IMG/VR virus record: IMGVR_UViG_3300012202_000001
Coordinates: 1-60,071 of that record
Length of the DNA: 60,071 bases
Direction: 5' to 3' (one strand)
From: a virus
Lineage: Duplodnaviria > Caudoviricetes
Part shown: positions 1 to 7,743 of the stretch, piece after piece
Layout: every line of letters begins with the position of its first letter
How positions within the stretch are numbered: position 1 is the first letter of the stretch
Translations under genes and position numbers: made by a program
Notes under the pieces: model-generated
What the model was told of the DNA's origin: nothing
Databases searched by the model: none
Seen by the model: the letters and a program-made list of their open reading frames with translations, nothing else

Positions 1-123
1 CCCCCGCATCTCATGCAGTTTCCACCCTGCTTGTAAAACAACTCGCGCCGGAACTCACTGTAGTCCCTTCCCGTCCGCTTCGTCCTTTTGTCCTTTGTCT
101 TGATGATCGGCATGTAGGGTCCA
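1..123. repeat. Terminal direct repeat (left copy), circular-assembly overlap
   Basis: 1-123 is identical to 59949-60071, and the HNH ORF at 59780-60061 runs through the repeat. Confidence 0.95.
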
Positions 124-693
124 TTCGTTAACCTCTGAACAGAGGAATTCTATAAACGTTTCCAGACTACACTCACCTTCCATGACTTTGTATTTCTCAA
201 ACGTTGCCTCAATCACCGACCAAGCCGACTCCTGAAAGTCGAGTGTGACCCTGTGCCGGAGTTCCAAGTGTTGATCGGGCGCCGTATCATGCACATCTTT
301 CAGGAAGTCCGCTGGCTTCTTCTTGGCGGACTTGCGCACAGCCGGATCCTGGCGCTTACTCTTCGACATCTGGACCAAGACGCCAGCAGAGCCCAAGGGA
401 ATCTCGGCTAACTCTTCGTGCGATATGTCGGGCGCGAGTTCCCGATAGCGGCCAATCACGAGGTACAGGTACGACCGGCTGGCCGGCGCCGCATCGAGGA
501 GCCATGCGTGGAAGGAATGAAAGCCTAAGATTTGCCAGTCCCGATCTTTGTCGACGTCGATACAGCATTTCGCAATGTCGGACCAGTCGCGGAATTGCCG
601 GTCAAAGTTGCGGACATACGAGTCTCGCGCTTCGGCCCTTTCTTTTGGGCTAAGCGTGACTTCTCTAATTTCCGGACACGTAATCGTTCCCAT
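55..693 (-). CDS. Hypothetical phage protein
   Basis: 212 aa ORF in the leftward replication-region operon; no motif recognised. Confidence 0.7.
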   Translation of the reverse strand: MGTITCPEIREVTLSPKERAEARDSYVRNFDRQFRDWSDIAKCCIDVDKDRDWQILGFHSFHAWLLDAAPASRSYLYLVIGRYRELAPDISHEELAEIPLGSAGVLVQMSKSKRQDPAVRKSAKKKPADFLKDVHDTAPDQHLELRHRVTLDFQESAWSVIEATFEKYKVMEGECSLETFIEFLCSEVNEWTLHADHQDKGQKDEADGKGLQ

Positions 694-944
694 AACCTCA
701 TCCTTTCGATGGCGTAATCCTTTCGGTTTTGTATATAGCGCACGGCAATGCTAGGCAACAGCGGTTTTTTCCCTGATCGGTGTGCGTACTTCGCCGGCAC
801 AAGTTGACTGTCCGCCCATCTTTCAGCTTGCTCTTGCGAATTACATATCCAAGAAGAAACAGCGAGAGCGGAAAACGGCACTGACGTGAGATAGCACAAC
901 AAATCAGCGATGCATCCCGGCGCGAGTGTGGGGCTCTTACTCAT
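525..944 (-). CDS. Hypothetical protein
   Basis: Start overlaps the stop of the 941-1417 ORF; also overlaps the downstream gene by ~170 nt. Confidence 0.45.
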   Translation of the reverse strand: MSKSPTLAPGCIADLLCYLTSVPFSALAVSSWICNSQEQAERWADSQLVPAKYAHRSGKKPLLPSIAVRYIQNRKDYAIERMRLWERLRVRKLEKSRLAQKKGPKRETRMSATLTGNSATGPTLRNAVSTSTKIGTGKS

Positions 945-1417
945 CTTCGAAACTCAGGTGGACCGTCTTTCCGCTTGGAATCGAGTTCAGTCAGGAGCGC
1001 ATCGGAGTCAGGAGTATTCCCCCCGGCATAGATTTGCTCCATGCGTCGAAACAGCCACTTCATATCGTTCTCGTTGTAGCCTTTGCCGTGGCGCGACAGG
1101 CAGACGGCATCGCATCGCGCGTTGGTTCTGACTCGCAGTTCAGGGGGATCGTAGGAGATGCAGAGATCGATAATTTGCCCGTACATGGGGAAAAAGATTG
1201 CCATCGTGCGATGTTTCTCAAAAGCAAAATCAATCGCCTCCAGGGAGAAGTTGGCGAGATCCCTGTGCCAGTCGTTTATTTCCTCCGGCGTGATTGCCCC
1301 CTTGGCCGGGAAGGCGTTCAGCATCTTCTGAAGGTACTTGTCGATTGCGTCTTGCTTCTGCGAAGACGGCATCATTGTGTACGCGGGTCTGGTCTTGCTT
1401 CGTGAGGATCGGGGCAT
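941..1417 (-). CDS. Putative helicase loader/inhibitor-like replication protein
   Basis: W..DL..FSLEAIDFAF..HR....FFP...QI pattern resembles phage helicase-loader-type proteins; follows an initiator-like gene; true start may lie ~40 nt downstream. Confidence 0.5.
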   Translation of the reverse strand: MPRSSRSKTRPAYTMMPSSQKQDAIDKYLQKMLNAFPAKGAITPEEINDWHRDLANFSLEAIDFAFEKHRTMAIFFPMYGQIIDLCISYDPPELRVRTNARCDAVCLSRHGKGYNENDMKWLFRRMEQIYAGGNTPDSDALLTELDSKRKDGPPEFRR

Positions 1418-1721
1418 TCACACTCCTTCCGAAACGATCAAGCGGTTCTACGCTGTAGTTGCTGAGACGGGAAAGGAAACTGCGAGGACGCTCGCCTGGG
1501 GGATGATCATGCGACAGCATGTAATGTTTCAGCCAGTGAGCAAATTCCACTTCAGACAATCTTGGGTTAGCTTCTAGGAATATCTTGAGATGTCGAGCTT
1601 CACTGCCGTCCCATGTACAAGGTTTCTGGTATCGCCAGTAGTAGGCTCTCTCGATCCATCCGCGAAACTTCGAGAATCGATTGTCGAACAACGGCGGGGG
1701 AGTGAGTTCGAAATCACTCAT
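1230..1721 (-). CDS. Replication-initiator C-terminal-domain-like protein
   Basis: Position and helical pattern (YYWRYQKPCTWDGSEARHLK..FL) resemble C-terminal domains of phage replisome organisers; no N-terminal DNA-binding domain. Confidence 0.4.
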   Translation of the reverse strand: MSDFELTPPPLFDNRFSKFRGWIERAYYWRYQKPCTWDGSEARHLKIFLEANPRLSEVEFAHWLKHYMLSHDHPPGERPRSFLSRLSNYSVEPLDRFGRSVNAPILTKQDQTRVHNDAVFAEARRNRQVPSEDAERLPGQGGNHAGGNKRLAQGSRQLLPGGD

Positions 1722-2020
1722 GGTTTCGGCACCGGCTGTATCGTGACCGGCTGCTTTTTATTCTCTTCCGCCATCATCTTCCCGTACATCACCCGGCGCA
1801 GACGACCGGACTCCCTCATGCAGTCGGTTAAGCTCATGGTCTTGGATGAATCGAATAAGACGGCTTGCTTTGGAGTTTTCGGGGCTAGCTGGGGAACTTT
1901 CTTGACTCTTTTCACTGCCTCTCGATACTCGTGCTTGGATACCAGTTCTGCACTTCCATCCGCCCACTCTGCACCCGAAAACCATCGCGGGAGAATGCCA
2001 AGCTCTCTCTCTGAGTACAT
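1718..2020 (-). CDS. Hypothetical protein, first gene after the structured leader
   Basis: GGAG RBS upstream of ATG; ATGA coupling to the next gene. Confidence 0.65.
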   Translation of the reverse strand: MYSERELGILPRWFSGAEWADGSAELVSKHEYREAVKRVKKVPQLAPKTPKQAVLFDSSKTMSLTDCMRESGRLRRVMYGKMMAEENKKQPVTIQPVPKP

Positions 2021-2306
2021 AAACTTATCTCCATAGGTGGGACATTCCCTTTTGGTTCTAAGGGGATTTGCCTCTCCTGCGAGGGAGAGAGCAAGCTTTC
2101 ATGTTTAGCTGAGTGTTTACGTTCTTGAACGCACGTCTGCTTAGTCTCTTTACAGTCTCTCGACTGCACCAATGAGGACCGGGGCGCATGTCCCTTTTGC
2201 CAGATCTACCACTGGCGCGGAGCCCGGATTTCGCAGATTTGTGGATTCTTCCTGTGCCTTGCAGGTAACGTTTTGAGAGCGGCCCGTTGTTTTTCGGAAA
2301 AGCGAC

Positions 2307-2336
2307 TTGCCGCGAAGCAACCGTCTGGGGTAGGAT
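2307..2336 (+). promoter_or_regulatory. Candidate antisense-RNA promoter
   Basis: TTGCCG-18 nt-TAGGAT pointing at the terminator at 2383-2413. Confidence 0.35.
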
Positions 2337-2382
2337 TCGGGCAGTCCCGTTTCTGACCCAGAAACACTCAGATCAAGCAAGA

Positions 2383-2413
2383 AGCCCACGCGCTTAACGT
2401 GGGCTGTTTTTTT
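2383..2413 (+). terminator. Intrinsic terminator, antisense to the replication operon
   Basis: AGCCCACG-cgcttaa-CGTGGGCT followed by G and T7. Confidence 0.75.
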
Positions 2414-2419
2414 GCAAAA

Positions 2420-2449
2420 ATTATTCCGTGTTGAATTAAGCAGTGTCAT
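2420..2449 (-). promoter_or_regulatory. Candidate sigma70 promoter for the structured RNA and replication operon
   Basis: ATGACA-18 nt-AATAAT on the minus strand; start predicted near 2413-2415. Confidence 0.45.
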
Positions 2450-2867
2450 GAGGAGATCGGGAGATCGCCCTAGGCATCCGGATCTCTACGGCGCCTAGGG
2501 CAATTATTTCGTTCACGGATGTGAACGTCACCGTTTGTACGATACCGAACGAATCCTGTCAATAGCCTTCTCAGGCACTCTTGCACAGGATTTCCACAGG
2601 AATGGGTACGCTAACGGACTGTCAATGGTCGGCCTGTTCTAATACCATCCCTACCCGAGAAAGGATTTCATACTTGCCTATGAACTCCCCACGTCCCAGT
2701 TACGAGTATTGGCGCATGACTCTCCGTATCGATGCCCGACGCCACGGCAAGCTAACCGTTGTGGATAACTTGGGCGACTTCGTGCTCATGATGTTTTACG
2801 AAGAAGGCGCCGAGCCCAGCATTGACGGGCTTCTCCGCGCATCTGAAGGACCAGCCTAAACTCACGG

Positions 2868-2896
2868 TTGACAGCGCGGTAATCTTGGCGTACGTT
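2868..2896 (+). promoter_or_regulatory. Sigma70-like promoter of the rightward operon
   Basis: TTGACA-17 nt-TACGTT, 8 nt before ATG 2905 (leaderless geometry). Confidence 0.6.
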
Positions 2897-2904
2897 TGCC
2901 AACG

Positions 2905-3075
2905 ATGACCGCGCACGGCACACAATTTCCTGAAAACATCAATCTTCGGGTTACGACCATCCTCTACCGAGCCGTAGAGAAACTGGCCAAGGACGAAAAA
3001 CGGCCTATCGGGATGATGGCGCGGATCCTTGTGGAAGAAGCTGTCGAAAGTCGAAACGGAAAGAAGAAACGGTGA
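2905..3075 (+). CDS. Ribbon-helix-helix (Arc/CopG-like) regulator, 56 aa, not in ORF track
   Basis: Hand translation MTAHGTQFPENINLRVTTILYRAVEKLAKDEKRPIGMMARILVEEAVESRNGKKKR; GTGA overlap with the next gene. Confidence 0.75.
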   Translation: MTAHGTQFPENINLRVTTILYRAVEKLAKDEKRPIGMMARILVEEAVESRNGKKKR

Positions 3076-3533
3076 GTTACGAGGATACGCGCGTCTCCGT
3101 TGCTGATTCCCAGGGTGGAATCAGGAAGATTGTCTACGCTCACAAGGGGACCGGGATTAGCTTTGTCTCGCAGCCGCCGCGCGAGGGCTTCGAAGCGTTG
3201 GTGACGATGAAGGACCAGTCGTACCACATTCGGGTCATGGCGACTTGCCAGGATGCGCGCACTCACACAAGAGCGGGATTCAGACGTCGCACGCAAAACA
3301 TGATTGACAGCGACAAACTGCAAGAGGAGCGGCGAGTGTGGCGTGTCCTCTACTGGCACCTGAAGGCCATGTTTGAAGCCGCGGATTCCGGAGTGATCGC
3401 AGTCGAGGACATCATCATGCCCTACATTGTGACTCCGGACGGGCGCACGATCGCCGAGCACGTTGCTCCCAAGCTGGCCGAGATGCGCGAGTTTACGCAC
3501 GACAAACTACTCACCGCAGGGGGATTAATGTAA
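3072..3533 (+). CDS. Hypothetical phage protein
   Basis: WRVLYWHLKA.FEA..SG....EDIIMPYIV.PDGRT pattern; coupled in operon. Confidence 0.7.
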   Translation: MSYEDTRVSVADSQGGIRKIVYAHKGTGISFVSQPPREGFEALVTMKDQSYHIRVMATCQDARTHTRAGFRRRTQNMIDSDKLQEERRVWRVLYWHLKAMFEAADSGVIAVEDIIMPYIVTPDGRTIAEHVAPKLAEMREFTHDKLLTAGGLM

Positions 3534-3928
3534 TGGCCGTGAAAAAGAAAGCAGCGAAGACTAGCCGCAAAAAGGGAGCCGTCCATAAACCAGCCAAGCG
3601 GATTCCGCGCCAGCAGATTATCCCAGGCGTCGGGGACGAGAAGATTGCAGCCATCGAGAATGCCGCGTTGGACTATGCCGAGATTCGCGACCAGCGGCAA
3701 GCATTGACCGCTCAGGAAGTGGATTTAAAAAAGAAGCTACTCGATCTCATGCACAAGAAAGAACTGACCGAGTACAAGCGAAATGGGATCTCGGTGAAGG
3801 TTGTCTTGGAACAGGAGAACGTAAAGGTGCGCGTGAGAGAGTCGGAGGATGATCTTCCCGCCGACATCGGGCCGGCGCCGGATGCGGATGTGAGTGCAGA
3901 CTCGGTTGCAGTTGATTCAGAAGGGTAG
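3533..3928 (+). CDS. Hypothetical protein (basic N-terminus, coiled coil, acidic tail)
   Basis: TAATG coupling; composition. Confidence 0.75.
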   Translation: MAVKKKAAKTSRKKGAVHKPAKRIPRQQIIPGVGDEKIAAIENAALDYAEIRDQRQALTAQEVDLKKKLLDLMHKKELTEYKRNGISVKVVLEQENVKVRVRESEDDLPADIGPAPDADVSADSVAVDSEG

Positions 3929-4132
3929 ATGCCGTTTCCTAAGATCATTACCGAGCTTACAGCAGCAGGGTACGTATTCCAAAAGACGACTCGCTGTAGT
4001 GCTTGCGGTGTGCCGATTCAGTTCTGGAGAACTCCAAAGGGAAAGAGTATGCCAATGGTCGTATCCCCAGACGGTTCATGCGAGAGCCACTTTGCCACAT
4101 GCCCGAAAGCAAAAGACTTTCGCAAGAAGTAG
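3929..4132 (+). CDS. Small zinc-binding phage protein
   Basis: CSACG..I.F.RT.KGK.MP...SHFATCP. Confidence 0.75.
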   Translation: MPFPKIITELTAAGYVFQKTTRCSACGVPIQFWRTPKGKSMPMVVSPDGSCESHFATCPKAKDFRKK

Positions 4133-4722
4133 ATTTCGATCCTGAGCGCCACGAGTACAGACAGAATGGCATCATTTACCCGCACGTCACGAAGGTCATT
4201 GCGAGATCCGGAAAGTGTGATTGGTCCTGTGTCGATGAAGAACTCAGACTGCATTCGATCAAGCGAGGACAAAGTGTTCACTGGCTCACCCAGCTTGAAG
4301 ACGAAGGCGCCCTCGACTACCGCACCGTTCCCAAGGGTTTGCGCGGTTATCGAAAAGCATATCGAACGTGGAAACGTCAGTCTGGTTTTAACGTCATCTG
4401 GATTGAACGCAAATTCATCAGCCGTTACGGGTTTGCGGGGACTCTCGATCGAGCCGGTTCCTTCCCGGCGACAACCATGTACGGGTCGGGTACGTCAGGC
4501 GTGGTCGATCTCAAAACGGGAGACATCGCGGACTGGGTGCGCTATCAGTTGTGTGCCTACACCCTTGCAGTGGACCCACGTCCCGCCATCGCGCGAACCA
4601 TTCGCAGAATTGCACTGCGATTGTGTGCCGATGGAAAGTACCGCGTAAAAGAGTTTCCCATGCAGACCTGGGACAGCGACTTTGCCGAGTTCATGAAAGA
4701 TTTGAGGAGAGTGAATGCCTGA
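4099..4722 (+). CDS. PD-(D/E)XK exonuclease (probable partner of Bet)
   Basis: PHVTKVI, FAGTLDR, VVDLKTG and YQLCAY motifs; start chosen at ATG 4099. Confidence 0.8.
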   Translation: MPESKRLSQEVDFDPERHEYRQNGIIYPHVTKVIARSGKCDWSCVDEELRLHSIKRGQSVHWLTQLEDEGALDYRTVPKGLRGYRKAYRTWKRQSGFNVIWIERKFISRYGFAGTLDRAGSFPATTMYGSGTSGVVDLKTGDIADWVRYQLCAYTLAVDPRPAIARTIRRIALRLCADGKYRVKEFPMQTWDSDFAEFMKDLRRVNA

Positions 4723-5404
4723 AATTATCGAGCAGGAACAGGAACTCAAGCAGCAAGCTTTGACGGTTGTGGAACGCGCTACTCTGGTAAAGATCACCGA
4801 CCAGACGAGCTATGATGCGGCGTGCGACCTATTGCAGAAAGAAATAGTTCCGTTCAGAAAGAAGTGGGCAGACTACTGGAAGCCGCTAACAACTGCGGCC
4901 TGGGGCGCGTACAAAAAGGTTCAGGACAAATTCAAAGAAGGCGATGAGCCGGCAGAGAAAGCCGAGCGCTGGGTCAAACATGCAATCAGGGTGTGGGACG
5001 ATGAACAGATTCGAATTGAGCAGGAACAACAGCGTAAAGCGCAGGAAGCGGCTGAGAAAGTCGCAGAGGAGGAACGTCTACGTGCGGCAATTGTTGCGGA
5101 AGAAGCTGGAGCGAATGAGGCAGAAGTATCCGCAATCGTCGATGCTCCTGTTGTTGTCGTTGCAGAACCTGTCGTTCCTGCGTACAGCCGAACAGCCGGA
5201 ATCAGCCGGCGTGAGAACTTTAAGGCAAAGGTCGTGGATCTCCATGCGCTCGTAAAGGCGGCTGCCAAGGACAAGGCTCTACTGGCCTACTTGGAGCCAA
5301 ATCAGACTGCGCTAAATAATCGCGCTAAAGCTGACCGGCAGACGCTCAATATACCCGGAGTAGTTCCCTACAATGACGCTATTGTGTCCGCGAGAGGGCG
5401 ATGA
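4715..5404 (+). CDS. Coiled-coil protein of the recombination module
   Basis: Long E/A/K coiled coil ending in LNIPGV; lies between exonuclease and Bet. Confidence 0.7.
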   Translation: MPEIIEQEQELKQQALTVVERATLVKITDQTSYDAACDLLQKEIVPFRKKWADYWKPLTTAAWGAYKKVQDKFKEGDEPAEKAERWVKHAIRVWDDEQIRIEQEQQRKAQEAAEKVAEEERLRAAIVAEEAGANEAEVSAIVDAPVVVVAEPVVPAYSRTAGISRRENFKAKVVDLHALVKAAAKDKALLAYLEPNQTALNNRAKADRQTLNIPGVVPYNDAIVSARGR

Positions 5405-5898
5405 GTTTTACGGCAAAAGATTTAACGGGTCTTGTCTTCGGGCGCTACATAGCCATGTGGCCCGTTGGGCGTCGCGGAAATCCAAGCCGAATCATGTATC
5501 TCTGCGCTTGCAGATGTGGGCAAATTCGTTTAGTGGAAAGTAGCGGTCTGACACTGGGAAGGAATCGCAGTTGTGGCTGTTTACGAATGGATGCACTGAA
5601 GGCCGGCGTGCGTCGGGTACATGGTCATCGTGCTTCTGCGAGCCCGACATACCAGTCTTGGAAAGGAATGATTGGCAGATGCGAGTATCCAAAGCATGTA
5701 GGGTTTAAGAATTACGGAGGTCGTGGGATAAAGGTTTGTACGCGCTGGCGTAATTCGTTCTCTCGATTTTTGTCTGACATGGGACTAAGGCCACGCGGAA
5801 AAACGATCGATCGCATCAACAATAACGGGAATTACGAACCGTCGAATTGCAAGTGGGCCACTCGAAAAGAACAGCGTGCCAACCAGAGGAGGGTGTAG
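5401..5898 (+). CDS. Free-standing HNH-type homing endonuclease
   Basis: [51 protein letters not shown]. Confidence 0.85.
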   Translation: MSFTAKDLTGLVFGRYIAMWPVGRRGNPSRIMYLCACRCGQIRLVESSGLTLGRNRSCGCLRMDALKAGVRRVHGHRASASPTYQSWKGMIGRCEYPKHVGFKNYGGRGIKVCTRWRNSFSRFLSDMGLRPRGKTIDRINNNGNYEPSNCKWATRKEQRANQRRV

Positions 5899-5900
5899 CG

Positions 5901-6992
5901 ATGCCCAATGAATCGTTAGAAATATCTCACAAACCACAACTAACAGTTACGTCCGAACAGGCAAAGATCGCTCGCAACACAATCGCCAAAGGATTGAGCG
6001 ATGATGAGTTCGCTATCTTCCTCTACAACTGCCAACGTCAAGGCATTCACCCGCTAGATGGCTTACTTGTGCCGATCTCGCGGAACGACAAGGACGAAGG
6101 TAAGCGACTCACCTTCGTAACTACGGTAGATCTACTTCGTTCTCGCGCGGCAGAGAGCAACGAGTATGCCGGCAATGACGACGCGCACTTTGTGTACGGG
6201 CAAGGCGAGTATCCCGAAACGGCCACTGTGACGGTGTGGCGAAACGTTGAGATGTCTCGATGCGCCTTCACTGCATCGGCCCGATGGACCGAATACTACC
6301 CCGGAGACAAACAAGGGTTCATGTGGCGGAATAAACCCCACGTCATGTTAGGAAAATGTGCAGAGGCTCTGGCTCTTCGGAAGGCGTTTCCGAAACAACT
6401 CGCTGGCCTGTATCTAGCAGAAGAATTACAGAGGGAATCGATACAAGGTAATCAGAGTAGACCCCCCGCAAGAAAGCAGGAAAAGCCCGTTGGTGATGTA
6501 GTTTGCGCGGACTGCCGACAGACGAATGGGCATGCCGCGGATTGTAAATATGCCAGTAAAGGGAAATGCCCTGAATGTCGAGCGGAGGGGGGGCATCTTC
6601 CTTCCTGTAAATACCGCAAGACGCAGGAGGCGCAGACGCAGGAAGCCGAACCGGAGAAGAAGCCGGAAACGTTGAAGTGGCTGGTGCAGGTGGAAGCGAT
6701 CGATACGCGGGAGAAGACTGTAAAAGACAAGGCCGGGAAAGAATCCAAGCGCCCGTACCGCATGCTGACCTGCATCAACGCAGCCAACGAGAACGTTACG
6801 CTCTACGCCTGGGACACGAAACATTATGAGCGCATCGACGCGATCAAGGAAAAGACTCGTTGCGTTTTCTCGGTAAAGAGTTCTGTCAGCGGTAACACCA
6901 CGTACTACTCGATCGAGGAGATTATCGAGATCACCGGGGAGAAGAAACAGGCAGAGCCGCAGGATGAGATGCTTCCACCAGAAGAGAAGTAG
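5901..6992 (+). CDS. bet: Phage recombination protein Bet/RecT-family annealase with C-terminal extension
   Basis: IAKGLSDDEF..FL..C...G.HP, MW.NKPHVMLGKCAEALALRKAFP..LAGLY.AEE. Confidence 0.85.
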   Translation: MPNESLEISHKPQLTVTSEQAKIARNTIAKGLSDDEFAIFLYNCQRQGIHPLDGLLVPISRNDKDEGKRLTFVTTVDLLRSRAAESNEYAGNDDAHFVYGQGEYPETATVTVWRNVEMSRCAFTASARWTEYYPGDKQGFMWRNKPHVMLGKCAEALALRKAFPKQLAGLYLAEELQRESIQGNQSRPPARKQEKPVGDVVCADCRQTNGHAADCKYASKGKCPECRAEGGHLPSCKYRKTQEAQTQEAEPEKKPETLKWLVQVEAIDTREKTVKDKAGKESKRPYRMLTCINAANENVTLYAWDTKHYERIDAIKEKTRCVFSVKSSVSGNTTYYSIEEIIEITGEKKQAEPQDEMLPPEEK

Positions 6993-6994
6993 AG

Positions 6995-7426
6995 ATGCCG
7001 AGAAGGAAGAAGATCAAAGTGACGCGCCGGAAAAACGAATTTAGCCGTGCTCTGCAAGCCGCCAAATCAGTTCTGAAGGCGAAGACCAAGCAGCGCGACC
7101 GCATGATGACGGAGTTACGGCAGTTGAATACCGATATTCCGAGTCTGGAACGCACGGTGAGAGCATTAGAAGCGCAACTTGGGGGCACAGGTGCGGTCGG
7201 TCCGCTTACGTCCCAGACCGACAGTAGGCAAGTGGGTGGAGTGCCCCCAAAGGTCCACATTCGGCCAATGTTGGACTCGGAATCTGGTATTCCGCAAGAA
7301 GTTCTCGCCCAGCTTCCCCCAGAAGACTTCTCCAGGTTTGGATCCCACTTCGGGGAAGAGGCGCCGGAGAAAGAGGATTACCTGCCGGAGATCGTAGGGA
7401 AAGAAGTCATACCGGAGAAAAAGTAA
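6995..7426 (+). CDS. Hypothetical protein
   Basis: Tightly packed operon ORF. Confidence 0.7.
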   Translation: MPRRKKIKVTRRKNEFSRALQAAKSVLKAKTKQRDRMMTELRQLNTDIPSLERTVRALEAQLGGTGAVGPLTSQTDSRQVGGVPPKVHIRPMLDSESGIPQEVLAQLPPEDFSRFGSHFGEEAPEKEDYLPEIVGKEVIPEKK

Positions 7427-7743
7427 TGAATCGCAAGCCAAAAGCTAAGTGGATAAAATTCATTCATCCCCTCGGTGGCGGCGACTGGTATCACTGGGGA
7501 GATCTTTCGGTGTGTGTTGCGAAAGAAGAAGGCTTCTGGCATATTTCGATCTCTCTGCCCTATCGCTATCCGACTTGGGATGAAATTTTAGCCGCTTGGT
7601 ACGATCTGGTTCCCGGCGCCTGTGAAGACTTCGAGGGAGCCATCATCCTTCCGCGCAAGAGTGAGTACGTCAACATACATCCCAACTGCTTTCACGTTCA
7701 CCAACTTAATGATTCGGAGATTCCATCCAGCATCATCCTATGA
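7426..7743 (+). CDS. Small phage protein
   Basis: WHISIS...RYPTWDEI..P.KSEYVNIHPNCFH motif, recalled as common in phages. Confidence 0.75.
   Translation: MNRKPKAKWIKFIHPLGGGDWYHWGDLSVCVAKEEGFWHISISLPYRYPTWDEILAAWYDLVPGACEDFEGAIILPRKSEYVNIHPNCFHVHQLNDSEIPSSIIL

Larger units (their letters stand above)
2030..2415 (-). ncRNA. Candidate large structured RNA (replication primer or attenuator leader)
   Basis: Perfect 10-bp long-range inverted repeat CTGAGTGTTT(2109-2118)/AAACACTCAG(2362-2371) enclosing hairpins such as GTTTCTG-ggt-CAGAAAC and CAGTC-gaga-GACTG, with further hairpins (e.g. CTCTCC..GGAGAG) 3' of it; promoter-like element just upstream. Confidence 0.5.

Noticed and set aside
1-123. 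Biological terminal repeat of the virion DNA
   Set aside because: It falls inside coding sequence and is more simply an assembler overlap
2028-2040. CCTATGGA resembling the ColE1 origin sequence
   Set aside because: Too short; fully explained by the GGAG RBS of the gene at 2020, so not used as evidence
2125-2170. Group I intron (AGAGACTA resembles the R element on the minus strand)
   Set aside because: No matching downstream S element or P7 partner, and no interrupted gene, was found
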